The translations under genes and the position numbers were made by a program. Shown here one piece after another: positions 39,922-50,704 of a stretch of DNA of 64,000 bases (position 1 is its first letter; every line of letters begins with the position of its first letter). The notes below the pieces were generated by a model. The model was not told where the DNA came from. It saw nothing but the letters and a program-made list of their open reading frames with translations, and did not search any database. The stretch comes from Nanobdellati archaeon (GTDB lineage Archaea; EX4484-52; GLR71), in contig JAHYJR010000001.1 of the NCBI GenBank assembly GCA_019429005.1, forward strand, positions 195,232 to 259,231. The letters run 5' to 3'.

Positions 39922-40491
39922 TTAATCTAAGATTTTTGCAAGCTTTTTTGCTGTTTCAATTGATTTATCTTCTTTATTTGTAATAATTGTAAGTATTGCA
40001 TCTGTGAACATAGAATATGCAGCACAAAAAGATCTATTTAATTCTTGATGTCTTTTAATTGCTATAATACTATCATTATCTCGTTTACGATTACTATCGT
40101 TTTGTCTACGTTTAATTATATCTTTTTCATCTGATTCGATAATGACTATAGTTTTAGGTATTAGGTGTGTAAGGATATCTATTGGTAATCCTGGAAGATA
40201 ACCGTTTGGTGTTTCAATTGTACTGTGTGTGTCTAGTATTATATTTGATATTTCTGATGCTTTAGATATATTTTTTGCTGCAAGTACTTGAATTGTTTTT
40301 TGTGTCTCATTATTTAATTTTCTCATATCATCTCTTGTTTTTACAAGACTCTCTTTTTTAGCTATGTTAAACATTTCAGTTCCGAACGTTTTGATTATAT
40401 ATTTATTTTTTGTAAGGTTCATAGCATCATTTATAACTCTGCTTTTACCCACACCTGGAATTCCTGTAACAATAATAATTTTATTTTCCAT
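39922..40491 (-). CDS. adkA: Adenylate kinase, archaeal type
   Basis: 189 aa. P-loop TGIPGVGKS at the N-terminus, archaeal AdkA-like. Confidence 0.82.
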   Translation of the reverse strand: MENKIIIVTGIPGVGKSRVINDAMNLTKNKYIIKTFGTEMFNIAKKESLVKTRDDMRKLNNETQKTIQVLAAKNISKASEISNIILDTHSTIETPNGYLPGLPIDILTHLIPKTIVIIESDEKDIIKRRQNDSNRKRDNDSIIAIKRHQELNRSFCAAYSMFTDAILTIITNKEDKSIETAKKLAKILD

Positions 40492-40965
40492 ATAAAGTCA
40501 CATTTATATTTTAAACTACTATTAAGAACTATGTTTTGTTACATATATATCTTTATTAAGTTCTGTTAACCAAGTATGATTAGGTTATTATTTATGGATT
40601 CTTGGCATGCACTTGAACTAAAAAAACAGAAAACTCTTTTTGGTTTTAACAAAAAAGAAAAATCTACATCAGAAAATTCTGATGTTTCTAAATCCTAAAA
40701 ATAACTTATACCAGTTTTTTATTTTTTTTAAAAAAATAGTTTCTTTTTAATCCGTTTTTATAATCTGTCGCTTTGAAATTCAATAATTTTATTAATTCTT
40801 TTAACTTCATTAAAATTTCCAAGTGCAAGCATTTGTTTTTTCATCATTTCTAATTGGTCTCTTGAAATAGATATCACCCTCTAATTTATACATTTTTTTA
40901 AACCTTTTCGTGGATTTAAAGAAAAAGTTAGATAACGTTAGTATATAGTATACAAAAAAGTATAT

Positions 40966-41005
40966 ATAACCACACGATTAATACGTTTATATATTTTGTG
41001 GTTAT
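40966..41005. terminator. Hairpin ATAACCACA-N22-TGTGGTTAT immediately 3' of pheT
   Basis: 9-bp perfect inverted repeat seen directly, flanked by T-rich sequence. Confidence 0.3.
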
Positions 41006-41006
41006 T

Positions 41007-42671
41007 TTATTTTTCAGATTTAAATTCTAGTTCTAGAACAACAACAGGCACGTCAATATCCCAGTTTGATATAACTTTGGGATGTAATGCACCTATAATT
41101 CCAATTTTTTTATTATCAACAATTATCTTAGCACCCCTACCTTCCATAAAGTATGGTTTATCACACTCTTCAAATCTATATTTGATTCCAATGTTTTCAA
41201 GAAGTCTTTCTGTAACTGCTTTAATCTCAGTATAATCTGAATCACTATGTGCGGTTACAGCTGCAAGATGTAATCGCTGTTTTGTTCTTGTATCTGTTTT
41301 TACATCTGGTTTGATCACATAATCAATATCAAACAATTTTTGTGGGTATTCTTTATGCTTATTGTTTGACAATGATTTGAGTACACTTGGTATTAACCAA
41401 GAACGTATCATATTGAAACTTTTTTCAGTTGATTCTCCAAGGTTTACATGTGGTTGTTCGGAAATATTCATTTTGTTATATTGTTCTTCTTTATTTGTTA
41501 TTACAAGTGTAAGACTTTCTTGATATCCAAAACCAATCATTTGTTCTTGTACTGTTTCTTTAAGTTTGGATTCTTCAGTTGTCCCACCTGTTGTCACAAC
41601 TAGGGGTATAACCATTTCAATATTTTCAAAGCCATATGCTCTCGCGACATCATCAGCTATATCAACATCATGTAATATATCGGTCCTATATGGTGGAATA
41701 AGTATCGTTAGTATGGTTTTATCTATATTTATGACATCATAGCCCATTTGCTCAAGGTATTTTTTCATTTTTTTTGCATCAATATTGATACCTATAAGTT
41801 TATTTACATAATCTACACTAATTTTTCTTGTTTCAGGAGTAAGATCTGGTGTAGTAATAGTTTTGTCTGCGTATTCTATATCCATTGAATATATTTTTCC
41901 ACCCATATCTGAAAATATTGTTACAAGTATATTGAGTATTACTTTTAGTGCGTTTAAATCACTACCACTGCATTCTATAAATATTTCTTTGGTATCTTCT
42001 GTAACTCTTCCACGTTTTTGTGAATTGATTATTGGTGGCATTGAAAGGATCTCATTGTTTGAATCAATAAATATAGGGTATTGTTTATGTTCTCTCAAAA
42101 GATGTGCATATTTCTGGCCTGTTGGATGTTTATCAAGTATCTCATATCCATTAAGTTCTTTATCAGATTCAAGTGGTACAAATCTGATATCTTTTGGATC
42201 TTTTGCAATATAATGGATTGGTAGTTTTATTTTTTCAAATGGATATATTCCTATTGCTGCTTTTTTTCTACCTCTTGCAAATGTTGCATGAAGTTTTTCT
42301 TGTACCCATATAAGTTCTTTTATTTTTTTATCATCAAATTCAAGACCTTTGACAATTGCTGCAACTGTATAAGGTCTTACATTTTTAGTTGATTTATCAA
42401 CTATAACTTTTTCTCCGGATTTAGTTATTTTGTATTCTTTAAGTCCCGTTTCTATACTCATATAACTTTTAAGTGCTCTTGCAAGACCATAAGTTGATAC
42501 CATATCAGGACGTTCTGCTGTGATATCAATTTTAAGTTCATCACCATCAATATCATCTAGTTCCATACCTAAATTAAATAAATTCTCTTCAAGTTCTTTG
42601 GTTGTTATATTTTTTCCAAGTAGTTTCTGTATTTTTGATAATTGTGTGTCAAGTGTAACCATTGTATTCAC
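41007..42671 (-). CDS. pheT: Phenylalanine--tRNA ligase beta subunit (archaeal)
   Basis: 554 aa. B3/4 and B5 domain arrangement, archaeal PheT length. Directly downstream of pheS. Confidence 0.9.
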   Translation of the reverse strand: MNTMVTLDTQLSKIQKLLGKNITTKELEENLFNLGMELDDIDGDELKIDITAERPDMVSTYGLARALKSYMSIETGLKEYKITKSGEKVIVDKSTKNVRPYTVAAIVKGLEFDDKKIKELIWVQEKLHATFARGRKKAAIGIYPFEKIKLPIHYIAKDPKDIRFVPLESDKELNGYEILDKHPTGQKYAHLLREHKQYPIFIDSNNEILSMPPIINSQKRGRVTEDTKEIFIECSGSDLNALKVILNILVTIFSDMGGKIYSMDIEYADKTITTPDLTPETRKISVDYVNKLIGINIDAKKMKKYLEQMGYDVINIDKTILTILIPPYRTDILHDVDIADDVARAYGFENIEMVIPLVVTTGGTTEESKLKETVQEQMIGFGYQESLTLVITNKEEQYNKMNISEQPHVNLGESTEKSFNMIRSWLIPSVLKSLSNNKHKEYPQKLFDIDYVIKPDVKTDTRTKQRLHLAAVTAHSDSDYTEIKAVTERLLENIGIKYRFEECDKPYFMEGRGAKIIVDNKKIGIIGALHPKVISNWDIDVPVVVLELEFKSEK

Positions 42672-44147
42672 CTATATCTCTCTTTTTGGAACTTTGTAAG
42701 TTCTCAACCATTCTAAATCACATGTTGGTCCAAGTAAATCATGTATACTGTTTTTATTATATACAAGCATAGCAAGTCTTTCTGGTGACAAACCCCATGC
42801 AATAACTGGAACATCTATATTGAATGGTTCAAGTGCTTCAGGTCTGAATATACCTGAATTTATAAGTTCTATCCATTTACCAAGACCTTCATGGTATGCG
42901 AATGCTTCCATACTTGGTTCAGTATATGGGTTGTATGTAGGTTTAAATTTGATTTTGTCTATTCCAAATTTGGAATAGAATTCTTTTATACTGCTTTTAA
43001 GGTTTCCAAGTGTCAAGTCTTTATCCATAATTAATCCTTCTACTTGGAAAAATTCAGCACCATGTGTTGCATCAAGTGCCTCATTTCTAAAAACTCTATC
43101 TATACAAAAATATTTTGCAGGTGGTTTTATTTTTTCAATTCCAAAATATCTGAATGTTGTTGCAGTTGTATGTGTTCTAAGCAAGACTTTTTTTGCTTCA
43201 TTATCATCCCATGCATAGCCATAACCCTTTGAACCACATTTACCTCCGGTTGTATGTACATTCTTAACCTTATCTACAATTTTTTTATCTGGAAGGTCTC
43301 CGATTAATGGTAAATGAAAAGTGTCTTGTGCTTCTCTTGCAGGATGATCTTGAGGTATAAACATTGAATCCATGCACCAAAACGCAGTCTCAACAAGTGG
43401 TCCATTCATCTCTTTAAAACCCATCTCAACAAACACATCTCGTATACGGTTCATTATAACTCTAAGTGGATGTTTTCGTCCATTATACATTTTTGCAACA
43501 GGTGCAACTACATTATATTTTCTAAAAGTCACATTTTTCCATTCACCTGTTGTAAGGTGCTTTGGTGTGAGTCTGCTAATTTCCTTTACAAGTTTAGTTT
43601 CATCTGCAACTTTTAATCCAATAGCAGTAGCTTTAATTGTTCTTATTGTCCTAAATGTGGATTTAATGAGAGATCTTTTTGTAAGTGTATCAATCATTTT
43701 TGAATCTATTTTGATGCCTTTTTTAATATTTTCAAGTGCGTCTTGAATAATATCTTTAGTTTTAAGGTATTTTTTACCAGTATCTGTTGCAACTACAAGA
43801 TTATTTTTATCTTTTTGTATGTCGATAAGACCTTGTTTTTTTGCAAAACCGACACCAACATTTTTATCTTTAATTTTAATCTTTTCAAGTTCTAGGCCAT
43901 TACCTATAGCTATAAGAATTTGACGTTCTGGAAGTCCATTTTTAATTATATTTACGCCTTTATCCGAAAGGTCTAAAACTAATTTATCTTCTTCTTTAAC
44001 ATTTGTAAGTTTTAATTTTGAAAGTGTCATACTAGCACGTATTACTGCAGCTTGGTCAATATCTGTTATATCATTAAGACAGATATCATTTTTTTCAAGA
44101 AGTTTCTTTAATAAAAGTATTTCATGGTACTGAAGATTGTATTTCAT
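42672..44147 (-). CDS. pheS: Phenylalanine--tRNA ligase alpha subunit (archaeal)
   Basis: 491 aa. Class II motifs: motif 2 FRNE..D..H..EF.Q.EG and motif 3 GLSPERLAML. Confidence 0.9.
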   Translation of the reverse strand: MKYNLQYHEILLLKKLLEKNDICLNDITDIDQAAVIRASMTLSKLKLTNVKEEDKLVLDLSDKGVNIIKNGLPERQILIAIGNGLELEKIKIKDKNVGVGFAKKQGLIDIQKDKNNLVVATDTGKKYLKTKDIIQDALENIKKGIKIDSKMIDTLTKRSLIKSTFRTIRTIKATAIGLKVADETKLVKEISRLTPKHLTTGEWKNVTFRKYNVVAPVAKMYNGRKHPLRVIMNRIRDVFVEMGFKEMNGPLVETAFWCMDSMFIPQDHPAREAQDTFHLPLIGDLPDKKIVDKVKNVHTTGGKCGSKGYGYAWDDNEAKKVLLRTHTTATTFRYFGIEKIKPPAKYFCIDRVFRNEALDATHGAEFFQVEGLIMDKDLTLGNLKSSIKEFYSKFGIDKIKFKPTYNPYTEPSMEAFAYHEGLGKWIELINSGIFRPEALEPFNIDVPVIAWGLSPERLAMLVYNKNSIHDLLGPTCDLEWLRTYKVPKREI

Positions 44148-44162
44148 ATAATCATCCTTTTC

Positions 44163-44405
44163 TTAATTTATCATTTTGTAGCTTCCAAAAGTATAAAGTA
44201 CTGACACCTTCCTTTTTAACATTTCTAATGCATCATTTATATCTTTTTGTGTTTGTCCTGATTCAATTTTTGTTTTAAGCACATATTCTACTAGTTTCAT
44301 CCTTTAAGCTATCAATTCAAGAATCTTATTATTGATTGTATCAATATATACTCGCACCTCTTCAAGGCTCACATATTTTTTTTGTTGGTTTTTAATCTCT
44401 GTCAT
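44163..44405 (-). pseudogene. AroQ-type chorismate-mutase-like ORF interrupted by an in-frame TAA
   Basis: Minus-strand reading MTEIKNQQKKYVSLEEVRVYIDTINNKILELIA-[TAA]-RMKLVEYVLKTKIESG... parallels archaeal chorismate mutase (IDEIDNKILKLIAERNSLAKDV). The stop replaces the conserved Glu of the LIAER motif; a single G-to-T change would explain it. Confidence 0.35.
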
Positions 44406-44655
44406 ATAAATCACAATTTAAATTTATTAATTTTAAAGCTATGGCTATAATTAAAAGTTCTTATAAAAATGTCTATTAGTAATGTCTTTATAGCTAAATC
44501 TAAGAAAACGTATACAGGTGCTTTTATGCTTGTATAAATTGGTGGTACATCACATCACGTATTAAATTATTTTGGTTTAAACTTTTTAAATGTTGTTTTG
44601 TTTGAAAAGACTAAGTTTTATAAAATATTTGTAGTAATTATATTTAGGTATATTT

Positions 44656-45099
44656 ATGAGTGATTTAAAAGCAGATTTCCACATATTAACTTTTATCAAA
44701 GAACAAGGTTATTCTGTAGGATTACAGACACTAAATAGTAGGGGTAAACGCTATACTCTCAAAAATTTTGATGATACTTATTTAGTAGTAGAACATGATT
44801 CCGATTTAAAGCAAATTATGCCAATTGAAAATATGCTTAAAATTATATTTAATACAGATATTTATTCTCGAGATGAATTAATCTTGGCTTTTGAAGCTAA
44901 TTATGAGATGTTTAAGGATTTAACCAAATCAGAATTTATAAAACCTCTTATAAATGAAAATATTCATTTTAAAACAATCAGTTCAAGTGAGTATGAGGGT
45001 CTTTTGATTGACGCAGATTCTCGCGGTCTATTAATTGATATATATAATGCTGAACCTGTATATGTCTTTAACCATGATATCCAATCGATTTATTTTTAA
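44656..45099 (+). CDS. Hypothetical protein
   Basis: 147 aa, no recognised motifs. Confidence 0.35.
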   Translation: MSDLKADFHILTFIKEQGYSVGLQTLNSRGKRYTLKNFDDTYLVVEHDSDLKQIMPIENMLKIIFNTDIYSRDELILAFEANYEMFKDLTKSEFIKPLINENIHFKTISSSEYEGLLIDADSRGLLIDIYNAEPVYVFNHDIQSIYF

Positions 45100-45122
45100 G
45101 AAGATTATTTGATTTTGAGATT

Positions 45123-46241
45123 TCAATCTTTAACCAAAAATTTATCAAGAACATCTTTTGCTTTTTCACGTTTTTCTTGGTGCTTTTCAAGAAATTTAAC
45201 AACGCGTTCAGAAAGGTCTTTTTTACATTCACCACAAAGTATTTTACCCTCTTTACAAGCTTTTTGTCGCTTTTCAAGTTTTGCATCATTTTCTTCAAAA
45301 ATAAATTTGAAATAACTGAATACAGAACAGATTTCTGAATTTCCACCCTTTTTTCTTTGTTCTTCAATACTTGCTTGACCGCCTGTAAATGCTGACATTA
45401 CTTTCTTTTTTGCAGTTTTCAAATCATCTGTTGTAAATATGGCTGAATCTGGTTTTGATGCAGACATCTTGCCACCTTCAACAAGTCCAGGCATAAACAT
45501 TCCTTGAACTGATGCTGGTTTATAATATCCTAATTTAGGCATAACATCTCTTGCAACTCTGAAATGCGGATCCTGGTCTATAGCATGTGGTATTAGGCAA
45601 GGTATGTTTTTACCTTGTTCTACCGATTCAAGAAATGCAGGTACTGCTTGCATGCTTGTGTAAAAAATCTGCCCCACATTCGTATCGTTTCCAAAACCAA
45701 ATGTTGCTTTTGCTGTTGAGAATGTTATCTTTTTGGCAACTCGGGTTGCATGATAATAAAATGTTTTTGCATTATCGTAATCAGAATATATCTTAGTCTT
45801 CTTTGGATTGAATCCAAGCGCAATGACATCAAGTGCATTCTCATATGCAAAATGTTTTGTGGTTTCAATATCTAATTTGCTGTTTGTTAAGAATTTTTCA
45901 TCATCGGTCATTTGAAAAAACAATTTAACATCAAATTTATCTTGTAACCATTTTGTTAAAAACCATGGAAATAAATGACCTAAATGTGTATTTCCAGATG
46001 GACCACGTCCTGTATACAAAAAGAATTTGTTGCCTTTTTCATATTCATCAAGTATCCAGTTAAGGTCACGGTGTGCAAAAAATAAATTTCGTCTTAAGGT
46101 TGGATGAAGTTCTCCAGTATGTTTTTTAATTCTTTCTAATAACTTTTTATCTATAATTTGTACACCGAAATCTTTTACAACTTTATCATAATCTATATCT
46201 CCAGTGACTTCCCAGGGTGTTACTTTGAATTCTTTTGACAT
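45123..46241 (-). CDS. trpS: Tryptophan--tRNA ligase (archaeal type)
   Basis: 372 aa. Class I motifs: GRGPSGNTHLGHL (HIGH region) and KMSASKP (KMSKS). C-terminal Cys cluster (CSVF...C..C..CGEC). TyrRS cannot be fully excluded. Confidence 0.75.
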   Translation of the reverse strand: MSKEFKVTPWEVTGDIDYDKVVKDFGVQIIDKKLLERIKKHTGELHPTLRRNLFFAHRDLNWILDEYEKGNKFFLYTGRGPSGNTHLGHLFPWFLTKWLQDKFDVKLFFQMTDDEKFLTNSKLDIETTKHFAYENALDVIALGFNPKKTKIYSDYDNAKTFYYHATRVAKKITFSTAKATFGFGNDTNVGQIFYTSMQAVPAFLESVEQGKNIPCLIPHAIDQDPHFRVARDVMPKLGYYKPASVQGMFMPGLVEGGKMSASKPDSAIFTTDDLKTAKKKVMSAFTGGQASIEEQRKKGGNSEICSVFSYFKFIFEENDAKLEKRQKACKEGKILCGECKKDLSERVVKFLEKHQEKREKAKDVLDKFLVKD

Positions 46242-46272
46242 TGTATCACATTGATATGTTATTTAATTCTCA

Positions 46273-46842
46273 TTATTCAAGAACTTCATAAGTTGCTTTG
46301 AAACGCTGTATAACTGTTATTACAGAAAGTATTGCTATCATGTATAATGCATATGTAAGTGATGCACTGAACACATATGTACTTATAGCTCCAACAAATA
46401 ATATCACATGACGTCCTGCACGTCCAAGGACACCCCCATACATTCTTTTTTCAGTTAATGCTTGAGCTTGTGTTCCCATGTAAGATACAAGAAGTAATGT
46501 TACAAGTGCTATATATGCGATATCTGAATTAATCATTGGGTTATATGCTATACCCATAAATATGATTATGTCTGCAACTCTGTCAAATGTATGGTCTAAA
46601 AAATCCCCTTTTTTTGATGGTATGCCATTTTTCGCAACTTCACCATCTAAAACATCAAGAAAACCGTTAAGTCCAAGAAATATTGCAGCGGGTATGAAAT
46701 TACCTTTAAAAAATAAGTATCCTGAAAAGATTCCAGCAAGTAATGATGCAATCGTAATTCTATCAGGGTGTACATCAATTATAAATGGTGTCATTATTCG
46801 ATTTCTTAAAGTTTTTTTTTTAGAATTTGTAATTTTTATCAC
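46273..46842 (-). CDS. CDP-alcohol phosphatidyltransferase
   Basis: 189 aa, polytopic. Signature D-x2-DG-x2-AR-x8-G-x3-D-x3-D (LDVLDGEVAKNG...GDFLDHTFDRVAD). Confidence 0.8.
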   Translation of the reverse strand: MIKITNSKKKTLRNRIMTPFIIDVHPDRITIASLLAGIFSGYLFFKGNFIPAAIFLGLNGFLDVLDGEVAKNGIPSKKGDFLDHTFDRVADIIIFMGIAYNPMINSDIAYIALVTLLLVSYMGTQAQALTEKRMYGGVLGRAGRHVILFVGAISTYVFSASLTYALYMIAILSVITVIQRFKATYEVLE

Positions 46843-46902
46843 CGGTACAAATAAGTTTATTTAAAATTATTTAAATCATTATTTTTATAAATCTATTAAA
46901 GC

Positions 46903-46937
<35 letters not shown>

Positions 46938-46976
46938 GTGATTATTAATAATATTTAGTTATACAAGGTTTTCCAA

Positions 46977-48506
46977 ATGTCAGTAAAGAAAAAAGACAAT
47001 AAATTTCAAGAACAGTTTATATCATTCTTACAACAGAAAGGTTTTATCTGGGGTCCTGAACCTGAATTATATGGGGGTCTTGCAGGTTTCTATACATATG
47101 CACCACTTGGAAAACGTCTGAAAAATAATGTTGAAAATCGTATTCGTTCAGTCTTCCAAAAAAATGATATGTGGGAAGTTGAATGTCCGACAATTATGCA
47201 GAAAGAGGTTTGGCAAGCATCAGGACATTTAGATAATTTTACAGATCCTTTGGTTGCTTGTTCAAAATGTAATGCTTCATTTCGTGCTGATAAACTTATA
47301 GAAGAGAAATACGATGACGTTGTTGCAGATGCATTTAGCGAAAAAGAACTTCTTGATTTTATAAATGATAAAAAAATAAAATGTCCTGTTTGTGGTTCTC
47401 AATTTATTCAAGAGATTAAGCAACATAATCTGATGATGAAAACCACAATCGGCACAAAAATTGAAGCATATAACCGACCAGAAACTGCTACAACAACATA
47501 TCTTCCATTTATTCGTTATGTAGATTATTTTAGGAAAAAAATACCCTTTGGTGTTTTCCAGATCGGAAAAGCTTATCGAAACGAGATTTCACCAAGACAG
47601 CATGTGCTTCGGATGCGCGAATTTACGCAAGCTGAAGGTCAGATGTTTATCTTTAAAGAGCAGAAAAATAATTTTGAAAGGTATGATTTAATTAAAGAGT
47701 CAAAATTACCTCTTTGGTCACACCAATTACAAGACACTTCGAAAGAACCTAAAATGATATCAGTTTCAGATGCAATGAAAAAAGGTTATCTAAAGAATCA
47801 GGCATATGCATGGTCTGTTAATTTAGCATATACACTTTTTAGAGAAATCGGAATTCCTGAAGAATATATAAGGCTTCGTCAGCATACGCCTGGAGAGTTA
47901 GCATTTTATGCAGATGATGCATGGGATCTTGAGATTAAGACAAACAGTTTTGGTTGGGTTGAATGTTGTGGTATTCATGATAGAACTGATTATGATTTAA
48001 CTCAACATGCAAAAGCATCAGGTAAAAAGTTAGAAGCTTTAGATGAGAATAATGAAAAGACAGTTCCAAATATTCTTGAGATTGCTTTTGGAACAGACCG
48101 ACCTGTATTTGCTCTTCTTGATATAACATATAATCAAGCAGAGGATCGGACTGTATTATTTGTACCTTATAATCTTGCACCAATACAAGTTGCAGTATTA
48201 CCACTTGTAAAGAGAGATGGTCTTGACACAATTGCAAAAGAGTTGTTCAATAAATTGAACGGTAAATTCATTGCATATTATGATGAGGGTGGTTCTGTTG
48301 GTCGGCGTTATGCAAGGATGGATGAGAAAGGTACTCCTTATATAATTACAACAGATACTGATACACTTACAGATAATAGTGTCACAATTCGTGATCGTAA
48401 TTCAACAAAGCAAATAAGAATCCAGCTTGAAGATGTGCCTGATGTTCTTGATAATTTGTTTTCTAGTAAGAAACAATTTGAAGATTTAGGTAAAATTATA
48501 GAGTGA
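46977..48506 (+). CDS. glyS: Glycine--tRNA ligase (archaeal/eukaryotic alpha2 type)
   Basis: 509 aa. N-terminal YGGLAGFYTYAPLG (GlyRS motif 1), class II core, C-terminal anticodon-binding domain. Confidence 0.88.
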   Translation: MSVKKKDNKFQEQFISFLQQKGFIWGPEPELYGGLAGFYTYAPLGKRLKNNVENRIRSVFQKNDMWEVECPTIMQKEVWQASGHLDNFTDPLVACSKCNASFRADKLIEEKYDDVVADAFSEKELLDFINDKKIKCPVCGSQFIQEIKQHNLMMKTTIGTKIEAYNRPETATTTYLPFIRYVDYFRKKIPFGVFQIGKAYRNEISPRQHVLRMREFTQAEGQMFIFKEQKNNFERYDLIKESKLPLWSHQLQDTSKEPKMISVSDAMKKGYLKNQAYAWSVNLAYTLFREIGIPEEYIRLRQHTPGELAFYADDAWDLEIKTNSFGWVECCGIHDRTDYDLTQHAKASGKKLEALDENNEKTVPNILEIAFGTDRPVFALLDITYNQAEDRTVLFVPYNLAPIQVAVLPLVKRDGLDTIAKELFNKLNGKFIAYYDEGGSVGRRYARMDEKGTPYIITTDTDTLTDNSVTIRDRNSTKQIRIQLEDVPDVLDNLFSSKKQFEDLGKIIE

Positions 48507-48510
48507 ATTT

Positions 48511-48932
48511 ATGCAATCAATACGTTTAAGATATCAAGAAGTTGAAGATGCAGAACGTTTTTTGAGATTATAACTAAATAAGATTTCAAATATCAAATTA
48601 TACCTGTAAAGACTGTTGAAGATGAGATTGATTTTTTAAAGCTTAATGATGAAAAGCGAAAAAATAATTTTGAATATAATTATTCAATAATGTATGACGA
48701 TATTCTTGTAGGTAGTTGCGGTATTAAGATTGATCAACATAATACTCATATTTGTAGTTTAGGTTTTTTTGTTGACGAAAACTATTGGGGTAAAGGTATT
48801 GCAACATATGTTGTACCTCTACTTGAGCATATTTGTTTTGAAGAGTTGGGCATTAAACGAATTGAAATAAGGATGTATGTTGAAAATAAAGTAAGTGAGA
48901 AAGTTGCAATAAAGTGTGGTTATACGCAATAA
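48511..48932 (+). pseudogene. GNAT-family N-acetyltransferase, frameshifted in a T6 run
   Basis: ORF 48511-48573 (MQSIRLRYQEVEDAERFLRL*) continues in the +2 frame from about 48582 (..VKTVEDEIDFLKL...GKGIAT...) to 48932. GNAT acetyl-CoA motif NYWGKGIATYVV in the second part. Shift point near cgttttttgag at 48556-48566. Confidence 0.5.
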
Positions 48933-49123
48933 TGTGTGATGAAAAAAGCAATAAAACTTGGAAATGAGTTTGTTGATGCTTATCTTTATGCTAAGGTTAA
49001 GGTGTGATTATATCTAATTTTTGAAGATGTTTTTATTCCGTTTCTCTGTTTTTGTTATACTTGATTGTTTCATACACCTATTTTTTTAAAATCTTAAGTG
49101 ACTATTTTACGAAAAATATATAT

Positions 49124-49462
<339 letters not shown>

Positions 49463-49501
49463 ATCGTTATAAAAAAATGTAAAATATCTTTAGTTGATTG
49501 T

Positions 49502-50350
49502 ATGAAACAAAACATTAATAATCATCTCAGTATAATGACAATTTTATTAAGAAAATGTAATTTATATTGTGATCATTGTTCTTCTAATTCTTCGTTTAAA
49601 CGTGAAGGTTTTGTTAATACTGATGATATTTTAAACATATTGGAAGCTTTTGCGCCATATGCCAAGAAAAAACAGCATCTTGTTAGTGGAGGGGAACCAA
49701 CATTACATCCAGATTTACATTATGTATTATCTGCTTCAAACGATTTGGGTTATAAGACATCAGTTGTGACTAATGCGTCTTGGATTGATCTTGATGATAT
49801 GGGTAAGACTGAAAGATTTTTTTATGACACTTTTCCTGAAGATTTAAAGATAACATCATCTTTTGATCTGGAGCATTTCAAGGAAGATCCAATGCTTCTC
49901 CAAAGATTATCTGTTTTACATGATTTAACACATAATCGCAATAAAATTACTATTGATGGTGCATATAATGGCGTTAACGGTATAAAGAAAATACAGTCTT
50001 ATTTAGACGAAACTACATTTGATTATATGTTGATTCCTATGCAGAGTATGGGGCGGGCAACAAATTTAGTAAATCAGAATATTTTAGATAATAATAAATT
50101 ATCTTGTCCTAAAGGTGATAAGAAAGGGTTTGTTATCACTGATGATGGTGTATATTATTGCTTAAGGACTGCTCTTACTTCAAATCCTTGTTTTAAACTT
50201 TCAGATAGTTATGATGTGGAAGAAATATTACATGCTTTGGATTGTTTCAATTCATCTTCAATAAACAGTTCAATCGTATCATTATATGATAATTTATCGC
50301 CTCAAGAGATTATTGATAATTATCATTATCCTTGTGATTTATGCGAATAG
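49502..50350 (+). CDS. Radical SAM protein with C-terminal Cys-rich region (possible SPASM/twitch auxiliary cluster)
   Basis: 282 aa from MKQNINNH.... CNLYCDHC equals CxxxCxxC at residues 19-26; GGEP motif; C-terminal cysteines C..(CPKGD)...YYC......C and terminal CDLC. Confidence 0.72.
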   Translation: MKQNINNHLSIMTILLRKCNLYCDHCSSNSSFKREGFVNTDDILNILEAFAPYAKKKQHLVSGGEPTLHPDLHYVLSASNDLGYKTSVVTNASWIDLDDMGKTERFFYDTFPEDLKITSSFDLEHFKEDPMLLQRLSVLHDLTHNRNKITIDGAYNGVNGIKKIQSYLDETTFDYMLIPMQSMGRATNLVNQNILDNNKLSCPKGDKKGFVITDDGVYYCLRTALTSNPCFKLSDSYDVEEILHALDCFNSSSINSSIVSLYDNLSPQEIIDNYHYPCDLCE

Positions 50351-50704
50351 GATTAACTAACTAAATTTTATAGCCATACCCTGTTATTTTTTAAATAATT
50401 TTTATATTATAACTGTGAGTGTCCCTATCTAGACAATCTATATATTTATGTAACCATAAACGGTTATTATGTTTAAAAAATAATACCAAAATAGTTTAAG
50501 TTTATTTTTGATTGTTGCTTTTATCATAGGTATGTTATAATAAAAAACCTAAATTATTCTGTTTCCTTGTTTATGATAATCTTTTTTACATTGGTAGGTC
50601 TCATTTTTGCTTTAAATTCAAAGAACTTAACCCAATAAAATATAGGTCTTTTTTAGACTCTATCCAAATAGTCTATCTCTCTCTATTTAGCACTAAATAA
50701 TATT

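Noticed and set aside
40500-41006. Short ORFs of 27-34 aa in the adkA/pheT intergenic region
   Set aside because: No recognisable motifs. They are too short to support without expression or conservation data.
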